Shown here: piece by piece, positions 52,001 to 64,000 of the stretch
Layout: each line of letters begins with the position of its first letter
Numbering within the stretch: the stretch's first letter is position 1
Assembly (NCBI GenBank): GCA_051362555.1
Contig: CM120641.1
Span: 6,262,001 to 6,326,000 of the forward strand
Length of the DNA stretch: 64,000 bases
DNA from: Lingula anatina
Taxonomy: Eukaryota; Animalia; Brachiopoda
Direction: 5' to 3'
Program-made: the position numbers and the translations under genes
The notes under the pieces: generated by a model
Database searches by the model: none
What the model was told of the DNA's origin: nothing
What the model saw: the letters and a program-made list of their open reading frames with translations, nothing else

Positions 52001-55000
52001 GAAGCTTCAGAAACTGAAATTCAACCGTCGTTCGATTGATTAATCTTGACTAACAACTAAAGTGTTTTATATCGCCAAAAAGCTCATTAACTTGGCTTTC
52101 TCACAACACTAGTAATTCTCTCACATTTTTTAAAAAGTATCAGTTTTCATTTTAGTTTAAAAATTCGGACACCCTGCCAAACTGCCATGTTGCCATCGCG
52201 CGATCGATAGAAACGTATTTTTCTCATCTAAATCGTTAACTTTAGGCAACTAACCTGAAATATCCGAAAGGCTAACCTTTCTCGCTGATAATAAAACATC
52301 CAAGGTTAAATAATTTTACTTGCTGTCAAAAATATCCGACAATAAACACGAGCATAAAATTCCCGCAGACAACACTTTCTTCCCGACTTTTCACCAAGTG
52401 CGCATGCGTACAACTTTTTGTAGCGACTTACAACAGCTCGGAAGCAGTTGTAAATTTACGTGCATATTTACAAGAGTTTGTAACTTACAAACCTTCGAGA
52501 ATACCAACTTACGTGAACGATCGGACTTACGTGAAAAGTTACAAGAATTTGTAAGTTACAACCTTTCGAGAATACGGCCCCAGAGAGTTTGTAACTTACA
52601 AACCTTCGAGAATACCAACTTACGTGAACGATCGGACTTACGTGAAAAGTTACAAGAATTTGTAAGTTACAACCTTTCGAGAATACGGCCCCTGGGGCCC
52701 CTGGGGCCGTATTCTCGAAAGGTTGTAACTTACAAATTCTTGTAACTTTTCACGTAAGTCCGATCGTTCACGTAAGTTGGTATTCTCGAAGGTTTGTAAG
52801 TTACAAACTCTTGTAAATATGCACGTAAATTTACAACTCCCTCCCACCTGTTGTAAGTCGCTCCGAAAAGTTGTACGCATGCGCACTTGGTGAAAAGTCG
52901 GGGAGAAAGTGTTGTCTGCGGGAATTTTATGCTCGTGTTTATTGTCGGATATTTTTGACAGCAAGTAAAATTATTTAACCTTGGATGTATTATTATCAGC
53001 GAGAAAGGTTAGCCTTTCGGATATTTCAGGTTAGTTGCCTAAAGTTAACGATTTAGATGAGAATAATACGTTTCTGTCGATCGCGCAATGGCAACATGGC
53101 AGTTTGGTAGGGTGTCCGAATTTTTAAATTAAAACGAAAACTTGTATTTTTTAAAGGAAGTGGAAGAACTATTAGTGCTGTGAGAAAGCCAAGTTAATGA
53201 GCTTTTTGGCGATATAAGGCACTTCAGTTGTTACTCAAGATTAATAAATTGAGCCGCGGTTGAATTTCAGATTTTGAATGTTCGACTTTTTTTTAGGGTG
53301 AAGATACATGTTTAGTCAGTGAATTAATTAAAATTATATCAAAGCACCAAGTTTAATTGATGGGGTTTTGTTCGGAAAATAGTTATCTTTCAACTGATGT
53401 ATAATGTTTGCTGTCATTATATTATTTACAAAAATTCTGTGAGATTTTGTCGTGAAGGTGCGTCTAAAAATCGCCATTTTTATCGGCAATTCATTGACTC
53501 GGGTTCTTATGCCTCTATTCCATACATATGGTGAAGAAAATATATGTCTTCTACATCACAAAAAAGTACATTTCAAATGGTTTAAAATGATATACTGCAC
53601 ACTATGTATCAAAAAGTATCGAGAGGCTGCCAAAGGAATAGAAACGTGTAGAAAAAAAGTTGCAAATGTTGACCCCCTTTCCGGCGACGTGGTGACCTCG
53701 ATCAGCTGATGACTGCATTTAAAACTATGTATAAGTTTCATTAACTTTATTTTGTAGGTTTTGTAAATAATAATGTATTGGCAGCATTCAGTGATGATTA
53801 TAATGACTTATCATCTACTTTCGAATGATTTTTATATTTTAACAGTATTTTAACTAATTTAAAAGGCTCGGTTTATCCATTTAAACAAAGGAGATCCAAT
53901 TCAAATAATGAGGTTATCATCATTAATGGAAAAAACGAATGACTTAAAACTATTTTAAATACCCAAAAAGACTTACTAGTAATGTGTGAGTTAGTAAAAG
54001 ATTTTACATATTGGCATTTTTGATAGTATTCCACTTATAACTTTCCTTGCATAACACTGTAATTATTAAAAAGTTGCAGAAGAAAATTCCAGTTTAGAAT
54101 AAAATGACACTTGCTAAGGTTATACTTTTAAATTGAAAATGACAATTGTAGCTGTTTTCTTGCTTCTATTTCATTTTGAAATTGATTCTATATTGCAAAA
54201 TAAATTCCCTGCATTAATTTAGTACCATGAACTTGCTGCAGTACTAGGCAAAATAAAACCAGAAAACAACTTAATTAAATCTTTAACCAAAGGAATCACT
54301 GTAAATATTCATTATTAACCTTCGATTTTCCTCATGAAATAAAAATTTTCAGTCTTGTTGCAATAATAATGAATGTAAAATGATTTATTTATTTCATCAC
54401 AATAAGAATAATAATAACGTTAAGTTTAAATGCTTATTATTTTGAAAAAAGGCATGCTGGAACATTTCTCTTTTATGATGCCTGTGCACACACTCACACA
54501 TACATGCACACACAAACAAGATTGTGTCTCTTTCCATCATATATATTGCTTATTAGGAATTATTTTGGGTTTTGTTTTGGATAAAGAATTAATTTGCATT
54601 TCTTATAACATTTGTTATGGCTAAAACTAAAATTGCATGTACTGTATAGTGAATTTCATTCTATTTTCAGGTAAGTACTAACTGAATTATTCAATTTGAG
54701 TAAACAAATAAAAACATCTTATAATTATGCTTTGAAATGTATTTCAGCTGTGGCTTATAATTATTAGTCACAGAACAAGTTGGTTTTAGGGATAATTACC
54801 ACCTTTCACTTTATATTTCATTTTTTATGAGTGATCATGGATGTTTGTATAACTTTCTATGATTAAAGTGTGCAAAGTCAAGATTCATACAGGAACCCTA
54901 AGGACAAATTCAAGGATTTTATAATAATTTTGAGACTTTAATTCAATTGCTTTTCACAGACTCAAATGAGGGCAATGTAAAGTCACTCATAAGTGTCTAT

Positions 55001-58000
55001 AACAAAGAAAAAAAAACAAGAAATATATCATTTAAATTATTTTTTACACACTGGTGATGGCACATTAAAAAAAAAAATAGAAATTATGTCCAAAAAGGGT
55101 TATCTCCCTTCCTGTGAATTACTGCCTTCATGCATCCATGTTAAAAATTATGTAAGATCAAATTCTAACACTTTTCAAGGATAAAAATGATTGAATACAC
55201 CTAAAATGACATAATTTTGGGTGTACACAGCAACAGAGTCATGTGTCATTAATGTATACTGTGTCACTAACAAACATTTATATACACACACTACTTAAAT
55301 CTTTGTCAAGATTTTGTAAGTCTCAGCTGCAGTGAAATAAAACAAATTATTTATTATTATTATTATTATCATGTTTTTATTTATTTACAAAATCCTTTAT
55401 TTTCATTTTTTTACTTCTTATACTAGCCAACCTGTAGGTGCATGTTCATTTGTACCAGTACAATGTGCATTTCATACTGACATGAAAAAGAAAATACTCA
55501 CTCTTTATGGTAACAACAAAGGTGTACTGAAAAAATATTTGCTCTTTTATACCAACACCCATTAATTTATCACAGTTATCAATTTTATTTAAAAATAACA
55601 TGTTCATATTAAATTGAATGTCATTTTTGAAAAGTTGGTCCAACTTATTTGTGTGATTTAATTTGTGTGATTATTTGTAGCTTAACATGAAGATATCATT
55701 TATTAACTCTTCATCATAAAAAGAACAAATATACTCACTCATATTTAATAACAAAGTTTATATATTGAAATAAAATTTACACTTTTATATTAATTGAATA
55801 CCATATATGGAGAGGAATTGTGTGAACTTATTTGTATGGCTTTGGTATCCTAAGACAGTATGAAATCCAAGCAAGTATCAAATTTGAACAATGTGGTGAG
55901 TGTTTATTATAAGCTACTTAATGTAGCAAATATTCACACACGTTTTCATTGTAAATTTAATGAAATAAAGCGCTTTTTGCTAGCGGCAAACTTGGGGAAT
56001 CCCAGCTGGGGAATCCCACAAGAGGAGCCAAGTCCGATTTCTGAGCTCGCATGTCGGAGGAAGCACATTCAAAATGAGTGGATTTTCCGACGAAAACTTG
56101 TAAGAAAATGTTGGAAAACGTCTTTCTGAATGGTTCTCAATACATTTCAAGAGACTTTTATGTGTAGATAAGGATTTTATCGACGCAAAGCACGGCAGTG
56201 GAATACGTCGATGTGGGTTACTCATGGACCAAACGTCACTTCCGGAAAGTTACGTGAAAAGTTACAAGAGTTTGTAAGTCCGAGACTTACAAGAGTTTTG
56301 AGAATACCGTGTAAGTCAAAGTTACAAATTCACGTAAATAGTTACAAATTGTTGTAAGTTACAAAGTTTTGAGAATACGGCCCCTGGTCATTTCCCAGGA
56401 TGATATTGCTATTTACCAATATTATATATGCACCTTCTTTCACTTTGTAGCTGTGTGGGTGCATGTCTGCATTCATGCATGCACAGGTTGGTAAAAACGA
56501 CACACTTATTCTCTTAATTATCTTTCAGAGTCTGACAGAAACTGAACTATCAGAGAAAGTATACTGCATTTTGAATGATAATTTCCCAACAAATGCCAGT
56601 CATGTCATAGCATTATGTGATACTTTGCTAAACTGTGCTGTTGCCTCTGAAAAGATGAAGGATCCTTTGGCCTCTAGCAGTCTGGCACTCATGGTGAGAA
56701 TATTATTTATTTATGGACATTTTTGCCTATATGAAGAATATGTTTGTTATACATGTGAACCTGCAGATTAGTTCATTCACAAATTTTTTTATGACATTCT
56801 TCAATTTTGATATCATTTATGATCTTTTCTTAAAAAAGACATTTTTAGGTGCATATTAAATTTGAATCTAAAAATACAGATTTTTTTGTAAGTATCTTAT
56901 ATAGAGTGTGTAATGGGGCATAATGATTGTGATTTATCCTAATTTTGCAGCATTTGAAAGAGGATGATTTCCTAGAGGGAGAAGAAGACTTGCTGGAGCT
57001 GAGTGACCTGGGAAGTGGACGCGACAGTGAGCCTGGGAGCAATGAGGCAGGCTATGAGGCAGACGAGGAGTACACCACAGATGCCAGTGACTTGTTGAAA
57101 GGTAAACTAGATATGATTATTTCACAAATCTGAATATTTTAGTTGTTTTTGAAAAATTATCATGGTAAGTCTCCTTTTAGTCATTGTTGATTAATTTATG
57201 AAGCCAGTTAGGATTGGAAAATTTAGATTATCATCCACACAAACTGTTTTACAGTGCTATTTATATACTTCAACACCTATCACAGAATTTCTATGAATGC
57301 AGCTTTCCTGGACATACTTATGAGAAATAACCCCAATTACTACATGTAACACAGTGATTTACAGCAACTTACAAACATCTCCCAAGTTAGAAATCTATAA
57401 GAAATGCTGATAATTTACTTCAACTTTTTGGAAATATTCTATATTACAGCTAACAGGTCTAGTTATAAAAGAATGCAGTCTATGCCTCCCAGTGTGAACA
57501 AGCACCAGGTGATCTTCCCACAAGTTGTGACAGTTACCATGAGGCTGCTCTCCTCACACTGCCTCCATGATGTACCAGTAGTGAACTGTGTGGCACAGAA
57601 AGTTATTGCTCTGGTGAAAGATGCACCAGCCAATGTACAGTCACTCTATAACCAGGTAATCTTTAAGCAGGCTAGGCTTAGTAGGGGATAAAATACACAC
57701 AATGGTCAGGTGTGTGATTTAATATTTGAATTTACTTTTGCCTGTTAGAGATGAGCTGACTGACTGAACCTATTCCCCATTATACGCTTCTGCTTGTCTA
57801 TGAAGGCTGGTGTTTGACTTCTGTACTAAGATGATTAGAATATATTCTTTAAATATATTTTTTTTCTGTAAATAAAGCAATAGAAGATGTAAAAAAATGT
57901 TTACTTAGTTCATTTTAAACATTTTCAAATTGTCAGGATTTCATGTGCAAGTTTTGGTTTCTAAGTTTGTGATTGAAAGGGGGCCTTTCCTGATGCTGAT

Positions 58001-60417
58001 GCTGTTTGTACTATGTTACTTTCAGGGGTTGCTAAGTGTTCTTTTGAATGGATTTCATGGGGTTCTGACGAAGTCTGTCAAGGAATGGAGAGGTAATTTT
58101 TTTTTCATTTTGAAATAATGCTGAATCAGAATGATTTAGTAAAGTTAACCATTTTGACTTTATGAGACATTTATCTGTTATCTTTGGAATATGAATGTAC
58201 GAATATGTGTTTTATTTTTAGTGGCACAAGAATTTGTTTTAGAGTTGTGTTTCTACTTGGCAAGACACTCCATTTCTTCTGAGGAGCTGCAGATATGCTT
58301 AAGGATGATTAATGAACCTGATCCACCTTTGGTAAGATAAAACTGACCATAAATTAAAATGGTTGAATATAAGATATATCATCTGATTCAGTCTTTGAAA
58401 ATACAGTGTACTTCACTGTAAATATCATAGTATTTATTAATGCAGTACTACATTAGAATTTGTTGCCATAAGTGTACTTCTGTTAAAGATAAAAAGGGTA
58501 TGTTTTAATTATCCCTTTTTTTATTTGATTTCACAATCATTACGGATCCCTTTCCTCAGGATGCATTGTTGACTCTTCTCAACAAACTGACCGAGAGTAT
58601 AGAAATCCAGCCAACGTATTGTCTACAGTTTCCAAATACCAAGCCCGACTCGTCACATGTATTGGAAGAAACAGTCTCCCTGGCAGCTCAAGGTTTTTAT
58701 CAGAGTGTACAGAGATCCATAAGCTTGTTTGCCTCGACCAGGAACTCCTCGGCAAGTTCCTTACAGGAAGACAGTCTTTTACGGAGCATTTCATTGGATG
58801 AAAAAGAGGAGAAGAAAAAGAAACCATCTTTGTTTTCAGGAAGCAGTTTATTTAACAGAGTGACTGAAAGCCTGGGTATCAGTGATACTGTATCTCTGAG
58901 CTGTGATGCTCCTGTTGAGATAGAGTTCAAGGATAAAGTCACCTGGAAGGAAGGGTTCAGTACATCTTTGTGGCTCCGCCTGGTGAGAGGAGGACAGGAT
59001 GAAATCTCCTATAACAAAGCAAAGAAGGCGAGAAAGAGGGGCAAGTCTGTAATGTTCACAGAGAGCAGTGAAGAAAATTCAGGTAATTATGGTTGTATAT
59101 TTATTTTAAGAACTTCATGATAACTTTGAAAAATTTGGGATAGGGATGATAGAACTTAACTGAATTTTTGCAGCACAGGCATTTTCTAAATCTAGCCCAT
59201 AGCATTTATTGAAATGTAGGTTTTATATCCAGAAGAAATTGTAATGAAGTTCCTCTATTCCAGTGTCTGAAGCCAATAAGAATGGTGGGTCCATGACCAA
59301 GGGAAGTAATGGTGCCAAGTATTTTGATAATAAAGGCAAACTGACAAGGAAGAACTCTTCACAGAGGCTCCTGACTGATAGCTACTTGCATGTGTTGTCT
59401 GTTGGCTGCAATGAGAAGACAGCTGATGTGATATTTGAGGTCTGGATAGATCCCTCCACTGGTATAATTGTGTTTAGGTGGGTACTATTATATTGTAAAA
59501 AAAACATAAGCATCTTATTTTAGTCTAAGAGTTACATGTAATTCATAAGTTATTTTTAAGTTAATTTGTTCTTCATTTTCTTTAGCTTAAGTAGCTGTGG
59601 TATAAATGCAATTGCGTGATTCTAGAAATTAAGTGACATAAGAACAGTTGGATCTTGTTATTTTAGAAGAATATGTATGTAATATATATACAGAAAATAC
59701 ATTGAATACTTAGTACATATATGAAATATCTTCATGGCAAATTATTAAATACTATTTGCTATTGATTTCAGAATAACCCAGCAGAGAGAAGTGTTGACAG
59801 ATGTGCAGTTGGCTGGTGCTCTCTCCTCCAATAGATGGCAGCACGTATCACTGATGTACTCTGAGCCTATTGAGCTTTCTTCCAAAGCTCTGCGTGGAGT
59901 GGTAAGTTTCTGGGATTTTTTTACCATAATCATCTTTTCAGTTGAATGTTTATCACTGAGAAGATTTTTTGGAATTTTTTTTCATTGCTACTTGCCTTGT
60001 CAAGGATTGCCTTCTAAAAGTGTTTTAATTTGTCCAAAATATTCAATGCACTGCAATTTGTTGTTAATTTTATATGATATCAAGCAATTGTATTTATGAA
60101 TGCCTTTTGTCTGTATTTTATAGCTATTTTTAAAAATGTGTAGTTTTTCTTCAAAGAAGATAAAATGCTTCCTAACATGAGCTTTCTTTTTATGTAAGCC
60201 CTGTAAAAAGGTCTATAAGCATTAGTTTCATCTTTACTTCAGGTTAGAGTGATGGTGGATGGAGGGGAAGTTAGAGAGAAGGAACTTGAGTACACACTCA
60301 TCCAGAAAAGACCCAGTAAAACATTTGCCAAATTGTGGCTGGGTCACTCCAAAACAGTGGCAGATCTCTCAGGTTCTGCTGGTTCTTGGCTGATGGGCAA
60401 TTTGATGATCTTCAGAG
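40070..60417 (+). CDS. LYST: Lysosomal trafficking regulator (Chediak-Higashi/beige protein), 5' part; the PH-BEACH-WD40 end lies beyond the window
   Basis: Phase-consistent exons: 40070-40141, 43656-43753, 44833-44998, 45593-45692, 45856-48389, 48652-48792, 56529-56693, 56951-57101, 57450-57655, 58026-58092, 58222-58331, 58560-59082, 59264-59477, 59772-59901, 60243-60417. LATEFMADIQRLCN...YLLEQRGWMLL resembles the recalled LYST N-terminus (LAREFLTDVNRLCN...YLVHGRGFLLL). Also HHHHDTLG, GLCCC, GYEAD, and a ConA-like region (GFSTSLWL, WQHVSLMY, VMVDG, LGH). Confidence 0.9.
48859..52691 (+). mobile_element. Non-autonomous PIF/Harbinger-like element, copy A, with a duplicated 108-bp right end
   Basis: CTG|GGGCCGTATTCTC ... 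GAGAATACGGCCC|CTG, with a ~32-bp imperfect TIR and many sub-terminal ttgtaa/acttac repeats. 3-bp CTG TSD at 48856-48858 and 52692-52694. Segment 52473-52580 is repeated at 52584-52691. No intact transposase. Confidence 0.88.
52704..56383 (-). mobile_element. Non-autonomous PIF/Harbinger-like element, copy B, inverted relative to A
   Basis: Same TIRs, CTG at 52701-52703 and 56384-56386. Colinear with the reverse complement of copy A over its whole length, but with many substitutions and private indels. Confidence 0.88.
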
Positions 60418-60431
60418 GTAGGGGCTAATTT

Positions 60432-60876
60432 TTATGTACAGACACAGATGTGTCTGTACATATAGCCGTCATCTGCGTCTGTCGTCGTCGCCGTCGTCGT
60501 CGCCGTGCACTTTTACCGATAACACAATAAGTGGAAAACTGTTTTTCATTTCAGCTTGAAACTTACAGAATTGATAAATATTTATAATATGCAGGTCAAG
60601 TTCGAAAATCAGCATGATCGGGTCACTTTTAGGGAAGTTATGCTGTTTTTTCACTTTTTTCAGCATAAATGCAACACCGATAACACGATAAGTGAAAAAC
60701 CGTTTTACCTTTTGGCTTGAAACTTACAAAACTGATGAATATTCATAATACGCAGGTCAAGTTCGAAAATCAGCATGATCGGGCCATATTTGTGGAAGTT
60801 ATGCTATTTTTATGTACAGACACAGATGTGTCTGTACATATAGCCATCATCTGCGTCTGTCGTCGCCGTCGTCGCT

Positions 60877-60907
<31 letters not shown>

Positions 60908-63900
60908 CCGTGCACTTTTACCGATAACACGATAAGTGGAAAACCATTTTGCCTTTTGATTTGAAACTTGCAGAACTGATGAATATTCATAATACGCAGG
61001 TCAAGTTCGAAAATCAGCATGATCGGGTCACTCTTAGGGAATTTATGCTGTTTTTTCACTTTTTTCAACATATATGCAGCACCGATAACACGATAAGTGG
61101 AAAACCATTGTACCTTTTGACTTGAAACTTACAGAACTGATGAATATTCATAATATGCAGGTCAAGTTCGAAAATCGGCATGATTGGACCATTTTTAGGG
61201 AATTTATGCTGTTTTTTCACTTTTTCAGCATATATGCAGCACTGATAACACAGTAAGTGGAAAACCATTTTACCTTTTGGCTTGAAACTTACAGAACTGA
61301 TGAAAATTCTTAATACGCAGGTCAAGTTCAAAAATCAGCATGATTGGGCCATTTTTAGGGAATTTATGCTGTTTTTTCACTTTTCAATATAAATGCAACA
61401 CTGATAACACAATATAAGAAAAACGGATCGGCGAATTGGCATTATATTCACAGGAGTGGTCAATCTTACTAAAATGCAGGTTGAGTTCGAAAATCAGCAT
61501 AATCGGGCCATTATTTTAGAAGTTATACTGTTTTTTCACATTTCCTCAGATTCAATTATTAGGCATGTTAACAGTCTCATTATTGAACTAATTAGATGCG
61601 TAAAAGTGTTTGTTTGATATTTCCTGCATCTTTATAACATTGTTAGTTGATTATGTAAAAAAACATGGTAAACTTGTTATCATGTATTGTGTAATAAAGT
61701 GTCAAAAATGGAAATAAACTCATATCATTGCAGTTTGTCAGATTCAATCATCCACTATGTTCAGAATCTCAGAATGGAGGAAATTGGACATTTAACACTG
61801 TTCTATTGATACTTTTCCCATCTCATCAATTTTCTTAGTTGGTCATATAAAAATGGCAGTAAAATGTTTATTTTGTTTTATGTTAAAAAAGTGTTAAAAA
61901 TGGAAATAAACCCATTTCAGGACAGTGCTGTCTTGTTTACATTTTGGCATTTTCAAGATGTGACTTTGAAGTTCCATGGGCCTGAAGACCTTTGCTTGTC
62001 ATGTTTTCTGAATGTCCATGTTACTAATATTTTATTAATAACATTTGATGGTTATTATGCTATTAAACATTATGTAACGTTGCATCAAAATTTGAAGAAA
62101 CCCCTATTTAGGGCACTGCTCCTATGATGACCATTTAAGGGAAAACATGTCACTTGCTGTTCTCAAACTTACAAGAAAGAAACATGGGTCTAACATACAG
62201 CCTCAGTAGGCAATGCAGTCTGTTTGGTAAATTTTTCTGGCAATTTAACAGTTTTTTGTGAAAATTTAATTTTTCACTTATTGACATTTTCAAGGTGCGA
62301 CTTAGAACCTCCACGGGCTTGAAGACCCTTGCTAGTCACATTTTCTGAAAATCCATGACACGTATATTTTATCATTTAAAATTGATGGTCATTATGCTGT
62401 TAAGCATTATGTAATGTTGCATCAAAATAGAAGAAAACACAATATTTGGTGCTGCTGCCATGATGACCATTATGGGAAAACGGTGTTACTTATTACTGTC
62501 AAACTTTCAAAAAAGAAACACAGGACTAAAATGCAGCCCGAGTTGGAAAAGCAGTCTAATTGGCTTCTTTTTCTGGAAGTTATACACTTAGTGAAATATT
62601 CATTATCTTTTTGGCATATTCATTGTGGGACTCAGAGCTCCCATGGACATGAAGCCTAATGGTAATCAAATTTTCTACATGTCCATGCTATTTATAGACA
62701 ATAATCAAAAATTGGTGATAATTATTCTATAATTTATTATGTAATGTTACATCAAAATTGACAATAATCTTTTTGCACTGCTACTGCAAACATTATGAAA
62801 AGAAAACTGTGTTACTTATTATTATATGTAACTTATAAGTACGATTTTTAGGATTGGCATGCAGTTCAAATTAGAAAGCCAGGTCAATTGGGTCATCATT
62901 TTTATTAAATTTATGCATTTTTTGTGAAATTTTCATTTTTCTCATTCTGGCACTTTCTAATTGAAAACTTGAACTCTGATGGGCCTGGAGCCTTATGCTT
63001 TTACTTTCATCAGCGTTACCTGTTGTGCATAATTAAAATTTTATGTTGACTGTGCAGTTAAACATAATGTATTATTGCATCAGAATTGGGCAGTCTCCTG
63101 TTTTTGTGCATTATTGTTTTCTGCTTTTCTTAAGGTGTGACTTATGGGCCTGAAGACCTTTGATAGACAAATTTGTGTGGTCAGTCTGTTAATTCCCCTT
63201 GGGTATTCACAAGGCTAATTTCAGTGCTATAAACTCATTTACCTAATTAAGTAGCCATTAATTGAAATTTCATAAAGCACACTTGTTGATATTTCCCTGT
63301 TAAGCTCTCTGCTAGATAACATAGTGTCCATAATAAGGAAGCAGTGAATAACAGCTTCATTAGAATTATATTTTTGTTGTTTCTATTTAATTTTTTCTCC
63401 AACACTGGCATTTTTAAGATGTGATTTTTAACTCCCATCCACCTGAGGCTGTGCACATTTTCAGTATTTCCACAGAAGCAGTTGTATTGTTTTTATGTCT
63501 TTAAACATTATGTAATATTATTTTGTGCACTGTCATCATTTTTCAAATATTGAGACTTTCATCGTGCGACACTGGTCTCTCATGGACCTGAAACTGTAAT
63601 CTTATTGAAGGGGTGGATTGAGACCATCTTCTGGGTCTTCGGAAGACAGTCAAGTTATTAAGTTTATATTGACTGGTATCTATTTTTTTTCTGTTGGAAG
63701 ACCATCAAATTGGAGGATGGATCAACAAAGATACTTTGGAATACTGTCAGAAAATATCTCGGGGTCCGCTCCTGTTATTGACCATGTTACCTGTTGTGCA
63801 TGATTAAAATTCAGTGTTGACTGGCAGTGCTATTATAAGCATTATTTATTATTGCATCAAAATTGACAAAATGACCTTTTTTGCATCTTTATTTTCTGTT

Positions 63901-64000
63901 TTTTGTCTGTACATTTGACAGCTTTGCTGCCTTGTTTCATTTTTTTCAGCATAAATGCAAACTGATAACACGATAAGTGAAAAACCGTTTTACTTTTTGG
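60432..64000 (-). mobile_element. Large Helentron-type element, outer copy (60432-60810, resuming at about 63938 to the window end)
   Basis: Terminal hairpin at 60433-60462, (GTCGCC)n tract and 161-bp units. The unit broken at gaagttatgctatttt (60810) resumes as catttttttcagcataaatgcaa at about 63938. Confidence 0.78.
60811..63937 (-). mobile_element. Large Helentron-type element, complete inner copy nested in the outer copy
   Basis: Hairpin end at 60811-60840. The opposite end tgtctgtacatttgacagctttgctgccttgttt (63904-63937) is the reverse complement of the copy-1 start. Contains four ~160-bp units, the ~400-bp block and ~335-bp repeats. Inserted in a T run with no TSD. Confidence 0.85.

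Noticed and set aside
52320-52964. Mirror-image ORFs MLSKISDNKH... on both strands
   Set aside because: A product of the palindrome and the 108-bp end duplication. They have non-ATG starts and no transposase motifs.
53088-53240. Possible Myb/SANT relic (KRKLVF..KEVEELLVL*ESQVNELFGD) in the Harbinger-like element
   Set aside because: Weak resemblance only. It needs a frameshift and has a stop in both copies, and the segment may instead be an old nested TTAA-flanked insertion. An HMM search would be needed.
48856-56386. Palindrome as a simple assembly fold-back artefact
   Set aside because: The arms differ by many substitutions and private indels, each has its own CTG TSD, and the LYST exons continue in phase on both sides. 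A haplotype mis-join is still worth excluding with reads.

Overview
AT-rich, intron-containing animal genomic DNA, probably a lophotrochozoan such as a mollusc (inferred from repeat types and gene models). It is not prokaryotic and has no CRISPR array. Seven genes can be assembled from splice sites. In order: the 3' end of PCMT1 (+, missed by the ORF track), an LRP11-like MANSC/LDLa membrane protein (-), CoREST/RCOR (-), an orphan acidic ORF (-), CLASRP (+), a divergent Q50 homeobox gene (-), and the 5' half of LYST (+, running off the window). Introns carry heavily nested non-autonomous DNA transposons: four copies of a ~3-kb Helentron-type element (one inserted inside another), a TA-flanked TIR element, a small HINE, and two diverged PIF/Harbinger-like elements inserted back-to-back at one CTG site to form a ~7.5-kb palindrome. 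The most notable observations are that palindrome with a CWG triplet at every junction, a PCMT1 splice choice between a -GKEDL end and a tail-anchor transmembrane helix, PCMT1-LRP11 microsynteny as in human, and a candidate poison exon plus structured RNA in CLASRP. All exon boundaries were read by eye and need RNA-seq confirmation.
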